Assembly: GCA_965112155.1 (NCBI GenBank)
Contig: OZ218105.1
DNA: 64,000 bases
Strand: one strand, 5' to 3'
DNA from: Podarcis liolepis
Lineage: Eukaryota
Shown here: positions 37,569 to 51,044 of the stretch, piece after piece
Numbering within the stretch: the first letter of the stretch is position 1
Layout: the number at the start of each line of letters is the position of its first letter
Position numbers and translations under genes: made by a program
Notes under the pieces: model-generated
Told to the model about the DNA's origin: nothing
Database searches by the model: none
Seen by the model: the letters and a program-made list of their open reading frames with translations, nothing else

Positions 37569-37915
37569 GTAAAGGGACCCCTGACCATTAGGTCCAGTCG
37601 TGACCGACTCTGGGGTTGCGGCGCTCATCTCGCTTCATTGGCCGAGGGAGCCGGCGTACAGCCTCCAGGTCATGTGGCCAGCATGACTAAGCTGCTTCTG
37701 GCGAACCAGAGCAGCGCACGGAAATGCCGTTTACCTTCCCGCTGGAGCAGTACCTATTTATCTACTTGCACTTTGACATGCTTTCGTACTGCTAGGTGGG
37801 CAGGAGCAGGGACTGAGCAATGGGAGCTCACCCCATCACGGGGATTCGAACCGCCAACCTCATGATCAGCAAGTCCTAGGCTCTGTGGTTTAACCCAAAG
37901 CGCCACCCGCGTCCC
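37569..37915 (-). mobile_element. Sauria SINE, full length
   Basis: Same subfamily as 30215-30567; B-box ggttcgaatcc; 15-bp TSD tgctacagtgattag at 37554-37568 and 37916-37930. Confidence 0.95.
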
Positions 37916-39143
37916 TGCTACAGTGATTAGCAGTACCTTAAAATATGTGTTTATGTAGCTAGCTTCCTTTGCAGAAAATAATATATGAATGCCTACAAAT
38001 AAAATCATCTTGAAGATTTCTAACTACTGTACATTGATAGAGAAAGTAATATAAATCCATATGGGTAGGTTTAGTGCACTTGCCAATTGACATAAAGGCA
38101 CACTATATAATTCACTTTAGGTTACTGTTCACTTTTCCTAGAAAGTACACATAGGACTACAGCTTAACTTATTGTTTCATTATGGAAAATACAACCACAC
38201 TAACACCAGTCATATTCTTACATGCCACTGATTAATTGGGCCTTAGCTGAATAGAAAATCTTAATCTTCTCTTCCTTTTTTTAAAATACTGAGGAGGTAA
38301 GCCCTCTCCCACCTGCACACGTAGCTTGCTTTTTCCTCAAAGCTCAGGAGATTCCGGCAACAAAATCAATGTATGCATGTTCAGAGCAGTTTTCAGGGTT
38401 TTGTAAGACAAATCTTTCAAATGGGAGCTAGTTTAATGCTATTGAGCTGAGTTTCGATCTGACAGAGTGAGTGAACAACACAGAAACAGTTCACTTACCA
38501 CTGCTCACACTACAGGAGGTTGCAATCAGGTACCGCTCTGTGCAAATACAGCTGTGCTATCTGCTATTTCTCAGTAAACTCTAGCACCACCTAATCCAGC
38601 AGTCATTTGTTTAAACAAACAAACAGATACACGGCAATTATGAAGTGTAATTGTTTAGATTCTCCCACCCCCACCCCCAGTAACAAAGTTCAATTAAGCC
38701 TATTCCAGGAGCTTATATGTAAAGCTATGCAAGTACCTGGCACCATTGTAGATATTATTTTCCTAGTGCTTTACAAAAAGTTTTTCTAAACCATTCCCTT
38801 TAATAATGAACTTGGGAGATTACATATTTATCAATTTCTAAGTGAAATGGGACCATTTCCATAACAAATCTCATTGTCTGGAGAAGGAGAATGTGGATTC
38901 ACATTGAATGTCAGAGGCAGAAAATTGGAAGAGAACCCAGTTTCTCTTTCCCAGGGCCCTCCTGCTTTCATGACATTATTGGGGCAGTCATCTACAATCC
39001 TACTTTTGACATGGTTTGCGCCTACAAATGTTTTGGAGTGAACACAGTACTTCAGTTCCATTCAGTGCACATCCTGTAACAGCCTGGTGAAATCCCAAAA
39101 CTTTTTATGCTATAAATGTTTTGTTTCATTTTTGTTCCCTATA

Positions 39144-39511
39144 GGTAAAGGTAAAGGTACCCCTGCACGTACGGGCCAGTCGTGTCCGACTCTAGGGTTG
39201 CGTGCTCATCTCTTTCTAGAGGCCGTGAGCCGGCGCCGTCCGAAGACACTTCCGGGTCACGTGGCCAGCGTGGCGAAGCTGCAGCTGGTGAGCCAGCACC
39301 AGCGCAGCACACGGAAACACCGTTTACCTTCCCGCTATAAAGCGGTCCCTATTTATCTACTTGCACTTAAGAGTGCTTTCGAACTGCTAGGTGGGCAGGA
39401 GCTGGGACCAAACGACGGCAGCTCACCCCGCCGCGGGGATTCGAACCGCCGACCATACGATCGGCAAGTCCTAGGCACTGAGGTTTTACCCACAGCGCCA
39501 CCCGCGTCCCC
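39144..39511 (-). mobile_element. Sauria SINE, full length, distinct CpG-rich subfamily
   Basis: Same head and (ACCTTT)n tail but divergent body; 13-bp TSD tttgttccctata at 39131-39143 and 39513-39525. Confidence 0.95.
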
Positions 39512-39843
39512 ATTTGTTCCCTATACTATACCCGTTTGTTCCCTATACTGTACAGCAATAATGTAGGGCTCTCTGTCTCTATAGCCACCACTTTGCTGTA
39601 TTTAAACAAAATGTATAACAATAAAAAGCTGTAAAACAATAAAATGTCCCCTAGCTTAGAAGAGCCAAGGAAAGTGATGGTTGGGAGTGCCCCCCGCCCC
39701 ACGCAAATTGCAATCCCCTGCTTCCCAGAGAGACCTGGACTTAACAGCGTTATAAAGCTCCTGTTCCAGGCCATATATGGCTTGAGTAAGAAGACTTGTG
39801 TGGAGTATAGATTGATAGAATCATTTTTCTGGAGTATAGATTG

Positions 39844-39950
39844 ATAGAATCATAGAATTGGAAGGGACCACAAGGGCTATTTGGTCCTCCCCCCTGCAAA
39901 TGCAGGAATCTTTTGCCCAACTGAGACTCATGTTCTATCAGCTGAGTTAT
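39844..39950 (-). mobile_element. Internally deleted copy of the tRNA-Lys/CR1-tail SINE
   Basis: atagaatcatagaattggaagggacc...ccccctgcaaatgcaggaatcttttgcccaac|tgagactcatgttctatcagctgag is the reverse complement of the 24433-24578 family. Confidence 0.75.
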
Positions 39951-42900
39951 CATGGGGTAGGCATACACTACAACATTTTGTTGTGAGTCACACCTGTATT
40001 TATTAAAATACTCTTTTGAAAAAAGTTCAGTAGGTCTATAAGGAATTTGTAGCATCTCATCAATCATGCCTTCATATGAGCCCCTAATTTCCTATATACT
40101 GACCTTGTGTACTTGAAAATAGTGACCAAGCTAAAGATTTGTCAGTGCAAGCAGTATTGTGTGCCTTCCTTCTAGCTCTTGGTTTACAAGAAATGCAACC
40201 CTTCCTGCTGACGGGTTTATGTCACATCCTTCATTGCCACATTTCTCTATTTTGCACTCGCTTTATGTCCTTTACGAAACCAATCTAATGAAAGGTCTGA
40301 ACACAATTTCTTCAAAGATAAGAAAAGACTTTTTTTTAAAGGGGCGGGGGCGGAATCAGGTCAATCTGAATGTGCCAGAGTAAATACTGCTACAAAACAT
40401 CTTTTAACTCCAGCAATGATAGGCACTGTAGTATCAAATCTATTTATTTGTATTTTTATTTATTAAAAAAATTATATACTACTGTATCACAGAAATAGAT
40501 GTTTGTAAACTTTTTCTAAGAAAGAAACAATCTATGATCAGCATCAAAGTTTTGCAATGGGCTTACTGCATGTGGTTTGTTTGAAGAATCCAGATTTGGA
40601 CATTACAGCAAAACAAACTCCGGCTTGTTTCCTGAAGGTGAAGAAGCAGGAGGAGCACAGTAAGAACTTCTCAGTATCGTGCTGCATGTTCATAAGCCAT
40701 AACATGTTTTTACTATGGCTAAATGTGGACATGAGAAGCAGGCCAATGATTCTCTTGCACAAGATCCTGCTCCCTTATGTAGGGGGTAGGAGGCAGAAGT
40801 CCACTGTTTCTCTTTCTTTCTCTCTCTTTACTTCCTTATGTGACTTGACATCTAAGGTTGTGGGTTGTATGTTAGTACAGAAAACTGGATCATATCCACA
40901 AAGGAATAGCCTTAAACTTCACAAAGAGTCAAGAACAAGGATGATTAAAAAAAAGAACAAGGATGATCAAATGTAACAATCAGAAGGCAGAGAAGTAATG
41001 CAAGTATTTCAATGTAATTAGATAGTGCGGTCCATAGGGACTGCGGCCCATAAAGGACTAATGTTGAATTACACAATAACTTTAAGTCACACAATAACTT
41101 TATGTCTCCCAGAGGGTATCTGAGCTACATGAAGACTTTCTGCTAATAGCTGCTGTAGAAACTGTGGAAGATCTAACAGAATTATAATTTCTTGGGTGTC
41201 TGTGTGGCAGTGGTTTATTTATAATTACTGCTGAGTCTATTTAACATGCTACTTGTCCTGGGAGCTTCTTTGGAAAAAGCACCACCAAAGAACCTGACAG
41301 AATTAAGGAGGGGAGGCTCTGCCTGTTCGAAGCTAGCCTTGCTGCCTCAGTTGACCGATAATTGAAGGAGGTCATCCTTGCAACTTTCCCATTGCTTTAA
41401 AAGGAGGGTTATCAAATCAGTGTAGCTGGCCAGCGATGTACCTGAATGTGTGATACTGCACAAAGAAGAACGGGTATTCAGCCAAACAAGTAGTTACAGC
41501 ATATGCTCTAGTATTTGGTATAAATTTAGTATGCCCTGGTTACTGACACACACAGTGGAAAAAATATGTACAGCTTGAGGATAAGTGGGTATGCTTTACT
41601 GAATTTATTCCTTGCCCTACATGCACTTGTGGAATGGCACACTGCTCACTTCTGCTTGTGGCACTTCAGTAGCTGATTGATGTGCGCTAATCGAATAGGG
41701 ATGTTAGTATACAGGATCCAGATAGTCTATCCTACTTCACCGAGGCAGGATTCATTAAGTTACACCTACAGGATATTTATCTTTTTGCCTCTGCTCAAAA
41801 AACCTGCCACAAAATATGTGAGGCATGAATCTTTTAATGTTCCTCAATAGAAAACATTGTAATGGTAGTTAAGGAATAGAATTTCTCCATTTACACAAGA
41901 AAAGCTACTTGAAAAGAAGAGTTAAATGGTGCTCAAATAAGTGTTGAAGGAAAAATGCTGCAGTACTTTCCATTGGAATTATAATTTAAAAAGTCCATGA
42001 TTCAGAAGGGAAGCAGCTTTGGCATTAAAACTAATGGTGGCGGTCATAATGCAGAAGGCGGTAGGTTCCACAAAAAAATGAAGTTATCGTATTTTAATCT
42101 TTTGAAAGGTGCTATTTATTTTATTTCTAAAACTTATTTATTTCTTTTCTCTCAAAGGACAGATAGGCAGTATACAACATAACATCTATAAAAATAGGAA
42201 AAAATCTAAACACTAACAGAGAGAAGACACCAGCTTCCATTCATCTGAGTGACGAAGAAACAGCTTATCTAGAACTGAGCAATGAAGTGGCCTAGGAGGG
42301 ACCTTTAGAGAAGCTGCTCTACAGAAATGGAACTGCCACTGAGAAAGCCCTAACCCTAGATCTGCCTTCTTTTCTTCCTCTCTCCATTTCTTTCTTGTCA
42401 GGCGTAAGGTTGTAGACCAAACTATTCCAAGCCCCATATCCATACCATCTGGTGAAACAAACTGAGACTGAACTGAGCCAAAGCAGGCTGATGAAGCACT
42501 GGGCACATCTGCTTCATATCCTGAATAACAGAGGCATCCAAGTCAGTTTGGATGTAGTTTCCCCCCCACAAACAGCCTACCAATAAGTCAGAGAGCTATT
42601 ATCACCACATCTACATCTTTCATGAGTTCAAGTTGTAAAAGCCTCTCAAGCAATATAAACAGCTTGATGACACTCTGTGGATGCAATGGTGGCAACAGAG
42701 TGATTTATTTGTGAAGTTTTTGCAACAGTATATGTTTCTAAATATGCTCTAAGCCATGTTCAACTGGATTTGGCTCTAACTTTCAGCCACAAACATACAG
42801 CCAAACTGTCTTTCCTGCAGCCTACAGTCATGCAAACTTTCATGAAACCAAGAAGAATAAACTAAAGAGAAGGGGGGAAATGGTGCCTAAGAGCAATTTC

Positions 42901-44399
42901 GTCCACTGGTAGTTGTCATCGTTCTTGAGAAATTGCCTAAAATTGTACAAGCAGCAATTACATATACTCAGTAATGAGAAAGCATCAGAGCCGAGCCAAA
43001 AATGCAACCCTACTTTGGTGACCTTATCTGCAAATTGCAACGTGGGGTGGCATTACATAGAGATTTCTCCAGGGGGTGGGCAGAATTCAACATATATGGA
43101 GATACAAGACCTTGATGCAGTAGCCATCTCACATTTTTCTCTCTTAAAGAATAAATAAAAAGTAGCAGTTTTCCTCTCAGCAACTGATATTCTCCTACTA
43201 CGAACATTCTCCTGTTTCAAATGCCATTACATTGTTATGTAGCAGGCTCATTCCAGAAGCATTACTGGGGGGGGGGGGGGATGCATCTGCCAAAACATGT
43301 AGAATTCCCTTCCATTCACCCCTCAAATGACCACATTTCTTCCTTTCACCCTGCATTTTGAAGTAAAAGAACCTTGTACCAGAGCTAGTCTGGAAATAGG
43401 TTTCGTTGGCAAGATATGAAACTTCTGAACTCAGTATAACTTTACTCTCTACCACGGTGCCCTAATGTGCTCCACTTTGACCATCCATGGCTATATTTTG
43501 TCGTGTGTTATTAAAGTCTCAATGTTTATTTCTTTGTTAACAGGTTCCTCCTCAGCGCCTGAGGAAAAACAACATAAGAGCATGCAGAATAGAAACAAGC
43601 TGAAGAGGCTCTCTCACCATCCAAAAATACATGCTACCTACTTGCCCAGGTCAGGAGGAAGTGGTGGGATTATTAAAACTTGGGGGAGTGACTAAACTGT
43701 CCCCTTGATTCATGTGTTCACCTCCACCAGAATATCCAGGAAGCTACAATAGTTGCCACAAGGCCCCTGATAATTGTGATCCCACAGTTGAGTGCAAACT
43801 CAATGGAACTATTAGACAAAAGGATCCATAATAGTTCCAAGGCCTCTCTGTGCCTCTGAAGGGCAAGTAGCTTCATGGATCCAATGACACACTCTCCACT
43901 TGATGTTGACATGATGCAACTATACCCTGGCATTGTATGGGGCTGAGCAACCTTGCAGCAGCAGAAGCCACTGCATGAAGCTGGTGGGCAGAAAGAGCTT
44001 AAGATGTCACAAGGCAAATGGACACAAAGCAAAGAAGATGCAATTTGGGAAAGGAAGGAAAGGGCAGAGGGAGGGAACAGCGGTCTCCTCCTCACACTGC
44101 TCTTCACTTACCATGAATTATCATAGTCCCCCCATTTATTATTTACATTTGTTAATCACATTTTAACTCAGTAATACACTTGTATTACTTCTTGTCATTC
44201 TCCACAGAAGGAATCCCAGAATATGTAACAAGAGGAATGCAATTTTTTTCAGCAAAAACACAATTGTGCAACTGGGTTGAGCATCAAGTTCTACACATGA
44301 AGAGGAAAACATCTTCAACAAGTCTATGCAGGAACTGTGGACTTTTACAGGTACTAAAGGGAACTGGGAACTTAGTATTTTTAGCCTCCAACCATGACC

Positions 44400-44471
44400 T
44401 AGAATCATAGAATCGTAGAGTTGGAAGGGATCCCAAAGTTCATCTAGTCCAACCCCCTGCAATGCAGGAAT
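44400..44471 (-). mobile_element. 3' tail of tRNA-Lys/CR1-tail SINE or a truncated CR1
   Basis: tagaatcatagaatcgtagagttggaagggatcccaaagttcatctagtccaaccccctgcaatgcaggaat. Confidence 0.8.
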
Positions 44472-44535
44472 TTAGATCTGAGTTGTTAAATTTGTACTTG
44501 GATTGTACCACTTTGGGTAAATCCTTTCTGACACA

Positions 44536-44925
44536 TTGGTGCTGACCTTTAAAGCCGTAAACAGCCTCGGCCCTGTATACCTGAAGGAGCATCTCCACCC
44601 CCATCATTCTGCCCGGACACTGAGGTCCAGCGCCGAGGGCCTTCTGGAGGTTCCCTCACTGCGAGAAGCGAAGTTACAGGGAACCAGGCAGAGGGCCTTC
44701 TCAGTAGTGGCACCTGCCCTGTGGAATGCCCTCCCACCAGATGTCAAAGAGAAAAACAACTACCAGACTTTTACAAGACATCTGAAGGCAGCCCTGTTTA
44801 GGGAAGCTTTTAAGATCTGAAGGACTATTGTATTTTAATATTTTGTTGGAAGCTGCCTAGAGTGGATGGGGAAGCCCAGCCAGAAGGGCAGGGTATAAAT
44901 ACATCATCATCATCATCATCATTAT
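44536..44925 (+). mobile_element. 5'-truncated L2-type LINE (ORF2 C-terminus, 3'UTR, (CAT)n tail)
   Basis: ORF VLTFKAVNSLGPVYLKEHL...RAFSVVAPALWNALPPDV...HLKAALF, followed by a gggtataaat + microsatellite tail. Confidence 0.9.
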
Positions 44926-46353
44926 TGTTTAGTTTGCTTTGTGGGGAGATTAATTTTATTTCTATATGGAGCAATATTCTATTATGTGAGCCTACACATG
45001 GAGTCTGAAGTCGCACAGTTCAGACACAGATTTTTCAGCTTAACTGCTTGATTGCGTAAAATTGGGTAAATTGGTCTTTCAGTTTTGGTTTGTTATTTGT
45101 GCTATGTATTTCAACATGTATTTCAATTCAGAATATCCATTTCTGTGAGAACTAGGCCCAAATCTGAAGACTCTGCTGCACTGTTAACTAACAATATGGC
45201 TTGTTCAGCATAACTATCACAACAAGCAATACATTAGCTGCAGTATAAGAATTTCAAAATTTATAATGAATATATCCACAGCACTTTATATGCACTGAAG
45301 ACACAGAATTGTCCACTTAAATTTACTTCTGCTGCCAGAAGCCCCCCAAAAATTGTATTCTACAACACTCTCATTCTTTTAGAAGTAATTAACTAAGGCA
45401 TAGTTTGTATAGCAATTAAAAAACCACTTGCTTGCAGATGCTTGTAAGCATTATGTATCTTTTCCTTACTGAAAGTNNNNNNNNNNNNNNNNNNNNNNNN
45501 NNNNNNNNNNNNNNNNNNNNNNNNNNNNNNNNNNNNNNNNNNNNNNNNNNNNNNNNNNNNNNNNNNNNNNNNNNNNNNNNNNNNNNNNNNNNNNNNNNNN
45601 NNNNNNNNNNNNNNNNNNNNNNNNNNNNNNNNNNNNNNNNNNNNNNNNNNNNNNNNNNNNNNNNNNNNNNNNNNNNNNNNNNNNNNNNNNNNNNNNNNNN
45701 NNNNNNNNNNNNNNNNNNNNNNNNNNNNNNNNNNNNNNNNNNNNNNNNNNNNNNNNNNNNNNNNNNNNNNNNNNNNNNNNNNNNNNNNNNNNNNNNNNNN
45801 NNNNNNNNNNNNNNNNNNNNNNNNNNNNNNNNGCCTAAATCTGAGGATCCCTCAAGCAGCTATATGGACTTCTACTTTTAAAATGCCTATTACGCTTTCA
45901 TACTTTTTGCTGCTTCCTGAAGAGTGCCATTTCGCCAAGCTTAAATAGCAGAAAATTGCACTGCTTTTCCTCTGCCCATCTCCTCAATCTCTATTAACCT
46001 GCACAAGAACAAAGGAATATGATGGTCCAGCTATAGGTTTGGAAATAGGTTTGAAGTTGTTTTTCATTTACTGGTAGCCATCTTTCTGATTCATAAATGT
46101 AGTTTAACAATAATCTCATTTTAATGTATTAGGAAATGATTGACAATGCAGAATTTTTAATCTTATGTATGGACATACACATGACATACAAAGATTCATG
46201 CACACTTTTTCAAATATATGAATTCATGTTTACATAAGCTTTGGGTGAAGACAGATCACTCACATAATTTGTTATATCTTAATTAAAAGTATAAATATAA
46301 AATTACACAAATAGGAATTCATTCTCTTTAGGCTGTATAAGAACAATAGGATA

Positions 46354-46376
46354 CAACAACAACAACAACAACAACA
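46354..46376. repeat. (CAA)n microsatellite
   Basis: Direct reading. Confidence 0.9.
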
Positions 46377-49300
46377 AAAGGAAAATACTGAAACACCTGG
46401 TTTTAATGCATGCAGTAGACCTTTATTAGATGTCATAAACTAAATGATGCATTACTCTGTGGGCCACTTACAACCTATGAATTTTGAGGTAAAACAGAGG
46501 ACAAAGAGTTCTTTTGAAACAATAAGGTTAAATGTTCTTTCAAATCAAGCCATATTTTATTAAATGCTGAATACCTAACAGAGTCAGTGAGATCTGAGAC
46601 TATTTCACTTTAATGTTCTAATGCATTCCAATATTGCCTTTAAGAATAAAGAGTATTTTACTGAAACACATTATATTGCGTATAAGAACCATGTACATAC
46701 AGCCTATCATCCATTCCAATTGTGTTACTAAACAAAGAAGAAACCATTTTAAAATTCCTATGGCTGATAAAAATTTGACAGCTCAATGTCCTTTCTAAGC
46801 AATTAAATTAAAATTTATATGGGTTGTCATACATACTTGCACACACAAAGGTAATTTTGTCCATTTTAATTTTTTCCCCTTTTCTTTTTTTAAAGAGGAG
46901 AAGATCTGCTTTGTATTTAAAAAGATAAAAGAATGTTTTTGAAAATGACAATTGCTGGCTAGCCATCGATTCCTAGCTTTAATCTCATAGCCTACTCAAA
47001 TTTCCCATTATGTCTCACTGAGGCTTAGACGGATAGAAAGGCCGAACTATGGCCTTCAACAAAAATGGAGGGGGGCTGTGGGGTGTTGTAGCATTAAGAC
47101 ACACAGCTGTTGCTCACAAACTGCAAACACTGGAATAACTCGCTGCATGTTTTGCCTACTTTGCTGCTAATAAAGTGTTTTGCATGCTTTCTATAAACAC
47201 TACTCTTAAGTTTTATAATCTAGTACATNNNNNNNNNNNNNNNNNNNNNNNNNNNNNNNNNNNNNNNNNNNNNNNNNNNNNNNNNNNNNNNNNNNNNNNN
47301 NNNNNNNNNNNNNNNNNNNNNNNNNNNNNNNNNNNNNNNNNNNNNNNNNNNNNNNNNNNNNNNNNNNNNNNNNNNNNNNNNNNNNNNNNNNNNNNNNNNN
47401 NNNNNNNNNNNNNNNNNNNNNNNNNNNNNNNNTGCCACAGGCAGNNNNNNNNNNNNNNNNNNNNNNNNNNNNNNNNNNNNNNNNNNNNNNNNNNNNNNNN
47501 NNNNNNNNNNNNNNNNNNNNNNNNNNNNNNNNNNNNNNNNNNNNNNNNNNNNNNNNNNNNNNNNNNNNNNNNNNNNNNNNNNNNNNNNNNNNNNNNNNNN
47601 NNNNNNNNNNNNNNNNNNNNNNNNNNNNNNNNNNNNNNNNTTCAGGGTATACATAAATTGTCTGTTTTCTTTTATCAAACTGGGCATTTATTTCCATCTT
47701 GCAAGGGTGAATGTCATCCCTGCCACCCTCAGCCCTTAGTGGCCTGACACCATCATTTGCCGAGGACGCTCGTTGGTGCTGATTTCCTAATTGTGCTACT
47801 ATTTTGAAGCAGAAATTTCTACTCCATGCTCCTCCTCCTCCTCCTATCTAATTCCACCCCCCTCCAGGAATCTCTAATGTCAAGGACAAAGCTGTAATAG
47901 CGTTACAAAGAATGACCCCCACCTCTAAAGTACACTGATCTTTCTTTTTCAATGGCAATACATTAAACAAGGAATTTCATCCCTTGAAGTGATTAAATGA
48001 ATGCTGAACAAATCTATGTGAACCACTACCTAACATATGCAGCAAACACGTTTCTGGAAAGCGTTCTCTCCAAGGTATATTTACCTATTCAGAAGATGCC
48101 TTTTAAAATCTCTTCTGTAGTCAATATTTCTTTCTTTGACAGACAGAAAAACCATCAAAACGTCACAGAAAAGCACAGTGAATAATAGAAATTTAACATT
48201 TGTGAAAGATGTAGTATCCTCAGTTTGCATGATCAAATCAGCTTGTATGAGCTATAGAACTGCTTCCACAGTGAATGTTAATGAGGTTTTTGCTTCATAT
48301 TTCCTTATTCAAAATTCTGATCAATATCAATGGGTCTGACTCCAGTCCCCACCCCCAACCTGGGTCAACCAGCATTACAGTCTTTTATTTCTCTTGAAGG
48401 CTTGGCAAAAATCCTTAATTCAGGTTACTAGGCAACCCTGCAGGTGAGAAAATATAATGTTTGGCCTACTCCATCTTAGAAAAAAAACCATTGCGGCCTA
48501 ATGCTTTCAAAATAGACTCAGCAAAGCATGCACTGATAATTCTCTGCAACATTTTCTAAAGCTGAGGTCAGGAGAAAATTAATTGATGCTGAAAATAATG
48601 ACAGAAGGAGAGGCACCACTGAGACCTGGTGTGACTGGCATGTGATAATGTTAGCAAGAATCCCAGCATGTGACTGGACAGTGTTGTGAAAAATATACTT
48701 TATGTGAAGGAAAAACAAGTTACAAAACGTAATTAGTTTTTGACACTTTTTCATATGTTATTATCTTTTCATTTGGAACATTGCCTTGGGACATCAATAC
48801 ATAAGTATAAATGAAACATTATTATTGTAAATCTGAAATGGGAAAAGAGATGGCTTTACACTGCACGTCTTCCTTTTACATGTCCTTCTGAATAAACAAA
48901 ATACCCTCCACAGCCTAAGGTATACAAGTCACAGAAGACATATCTGCTGGAAGGACAAGGAGATATTTCTTCAATATAATAATCCTGTTGCACATGATTA
49001 TGCAGTTTTATTCTCAAAATAAGGGGTTTTGAAAGAAAAGTGGTCTAAAAAGCTATAGGATAATATGCAATTAAATTGTAACACCCAAAGCAATAATGCT
49101 TCCCATACAGCAAATGTATTTTTAATTTTTTTTCCAGTGGGGTTTATACCTTGAAGTAATTCACACTGATTACTAAATAACCCTTGTGAGTTGCTTTGTC
49201 TTTCGAATTTTAAAAAAATACACTTGCCGTGAGCAATGAATTTNNNNNNNNNNNNNNNNNNNNNNNNNNNNNNNNNNNNNNNNNNNNNNNNNNNNNNNNN

Positions 49301-50601
49301 NNNNNNNNNNNNNNNNNNNNNNNNNNNNNNNNNNNNNNNNNNNNNNNNNNNNNNNNNNNNNNNNNNNNNNNNNNNNNNNNNNNNNNNNNNNNNNNNNNNN
49401 NNNNNNNNNNNNNNNNNNNNNNNTCAAACAGGAGCAATCCGAATACCATAGTTTTTAATTTACATACATTAGTGAGGTTCAAATGTGGCAATAGCTACAA
49501 GCAAGTTCTCTTGCAAACTGAACGCTCGCCTTGCATAATGGGTTCCCTTTAGCAATTATTCACCAGTGAAGTAACCGGATAAAAACGAAAACAAAGGGGG
49601 CAGAAAAAGAAAATCATGATAAAAATGCCATCATCTGGACTAGGATAATTACTGAAACACAGTGAAGGTCATGTTTATATTAGTTTTAGTAATTTCTTGT
49701 AAGATTTCTCTGTATTGAATCCCTAATGACATTTCCATCTATGCTTTGCTACTGTATTATTTTTCTTCTACAATGTATTAAGTGTTGCAGCACTGGTTAC
49801 CCTATTTTAAAACAGCTGGCAGGATAACACAAATATTTTTTATTGACATCAGTTAGAAAAACTGAAATTTAGAAGTTTCTGCTAAATACGTCATTATCAA
49901 AATATTATTGGACTAGCCTGAACACTTAGTAAAGCCAATAGGCTTATAATAAAATACCTCTTAGAGCTGCATCCCTTTTTTTACTGACCACAATATTGAG
50001 TCTGAATTCCCAGCAGCATCATTACTAGACATTTTCTGCCACCTTTCTAAATCTGAAAAGCTTCCTACATTTAGTGAAGATTAGGTAATGCTACAAGCGA
50101 TCAATAATGGCTATCAATTCCATACCTTGTTCAGAAGAACAGGTTGATTAAAAGTAAGCAAAATACATGGTTGAATATGTTTTAGACCTAGATGAGCTTC
50201 CAAACTGATCCATGGTAAGAAAGAAAAAAATATTCAAAGAAATTAATAATAATAATCACTGGGGGGAAATGAGAAAATGCTTAGTTAAGATTGACACTCC
50301 TTCCTTGGAGCAGGAGTAGAGAGAGAAGGCACAAATGAAGAATGATGTATCAGCTACAACTGTGATTTTTCAGGTACTTCTTTAGTTTCTGGCACATCCT
50401 TACTGTGTATTACAAGCAGTACTTAGGAACTTTTTTATTGGTGTCTTTTAATAATGCCATTTTAAAATGCTTTTATGAAGAATTGGAAAAGGTCTCTTAT
50501 TAACCATAAAAGGGTCTATTATTGACTACATGTTGGGAAAGGCACCCATCATATCTCTACTAGCAAAAAAATGTCAACAATGAAATTGAGATTTGAAAAT
50601 A

Positions 50602-50821
50602 CAGTCGTACCTCCTCTTAGGTATCCCTCCGTTTACATAAACTTTGGGATACATAAGCGGCAAATCCGGAAGTATATTTCTGGGTTTTTGCCGCGCGCGC
50701 ATGTGCAGAAGTGCTCTACCACCACATGTGCGTGTGCAGAAGCGGTCCCTCCAGTTGCGGAAACCTCAGGATCCAACCGGAGTGCCGGAACAGATCCCAT
50801 CCACAACCAGAGGTACCACTG
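50602..50821. mobile_element. Tigger/pogo-like MITE
   Basis: TIRs cagtcgtacctc / gaggtaccactg; TA at 50600-50601 and 50822-50823. Confidence 0.88.
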
Positions 50822-51044
50822 TACTGCTTACATTTCCCTCCAGACACACATAAAATGAATTTATGTGTACATATCAAAATTGGGTAACATATCTGCAAAT
50901 TACATTGGAAAACAATGGGCTAAAAATTTGAATCCTAAGCATATAAAAGTGATGTTTTGAACCTGGTTCTGCAAATTTAATACAGGGAAGTTTTTAATTC
51001 TCATTTGAGAATAGTACCCCTGCAAACAGATTCATCAATAGATT

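Larger units (their letters stand above)
2950..49423. other. Ten N-runs: 2950-3233, 13663-13906, 14701-14832, 19488-19629, 29424-29667, 32871-33058, 45477-45832, 47229-47432, 47445-47640, 49244-49423
   Basis: Direct reading; ORFs spanning them are artefacts. Confidence 0.97.

Noticed and set aside
39087-39566. 159-aa ORF
   Set aside because: Antisense reading through a Sauria SINE.
41071-41106. 18-bp tandem duplication (acacaataacttta), and a similar 22-bp one at ~21455-21498
   Set aside because: Ordinary slippage duplications; two units only, not a spacer array.
2885-49552. Long ORFs containing X runs
   Set aside because: Artefacts of translating through N-runs.
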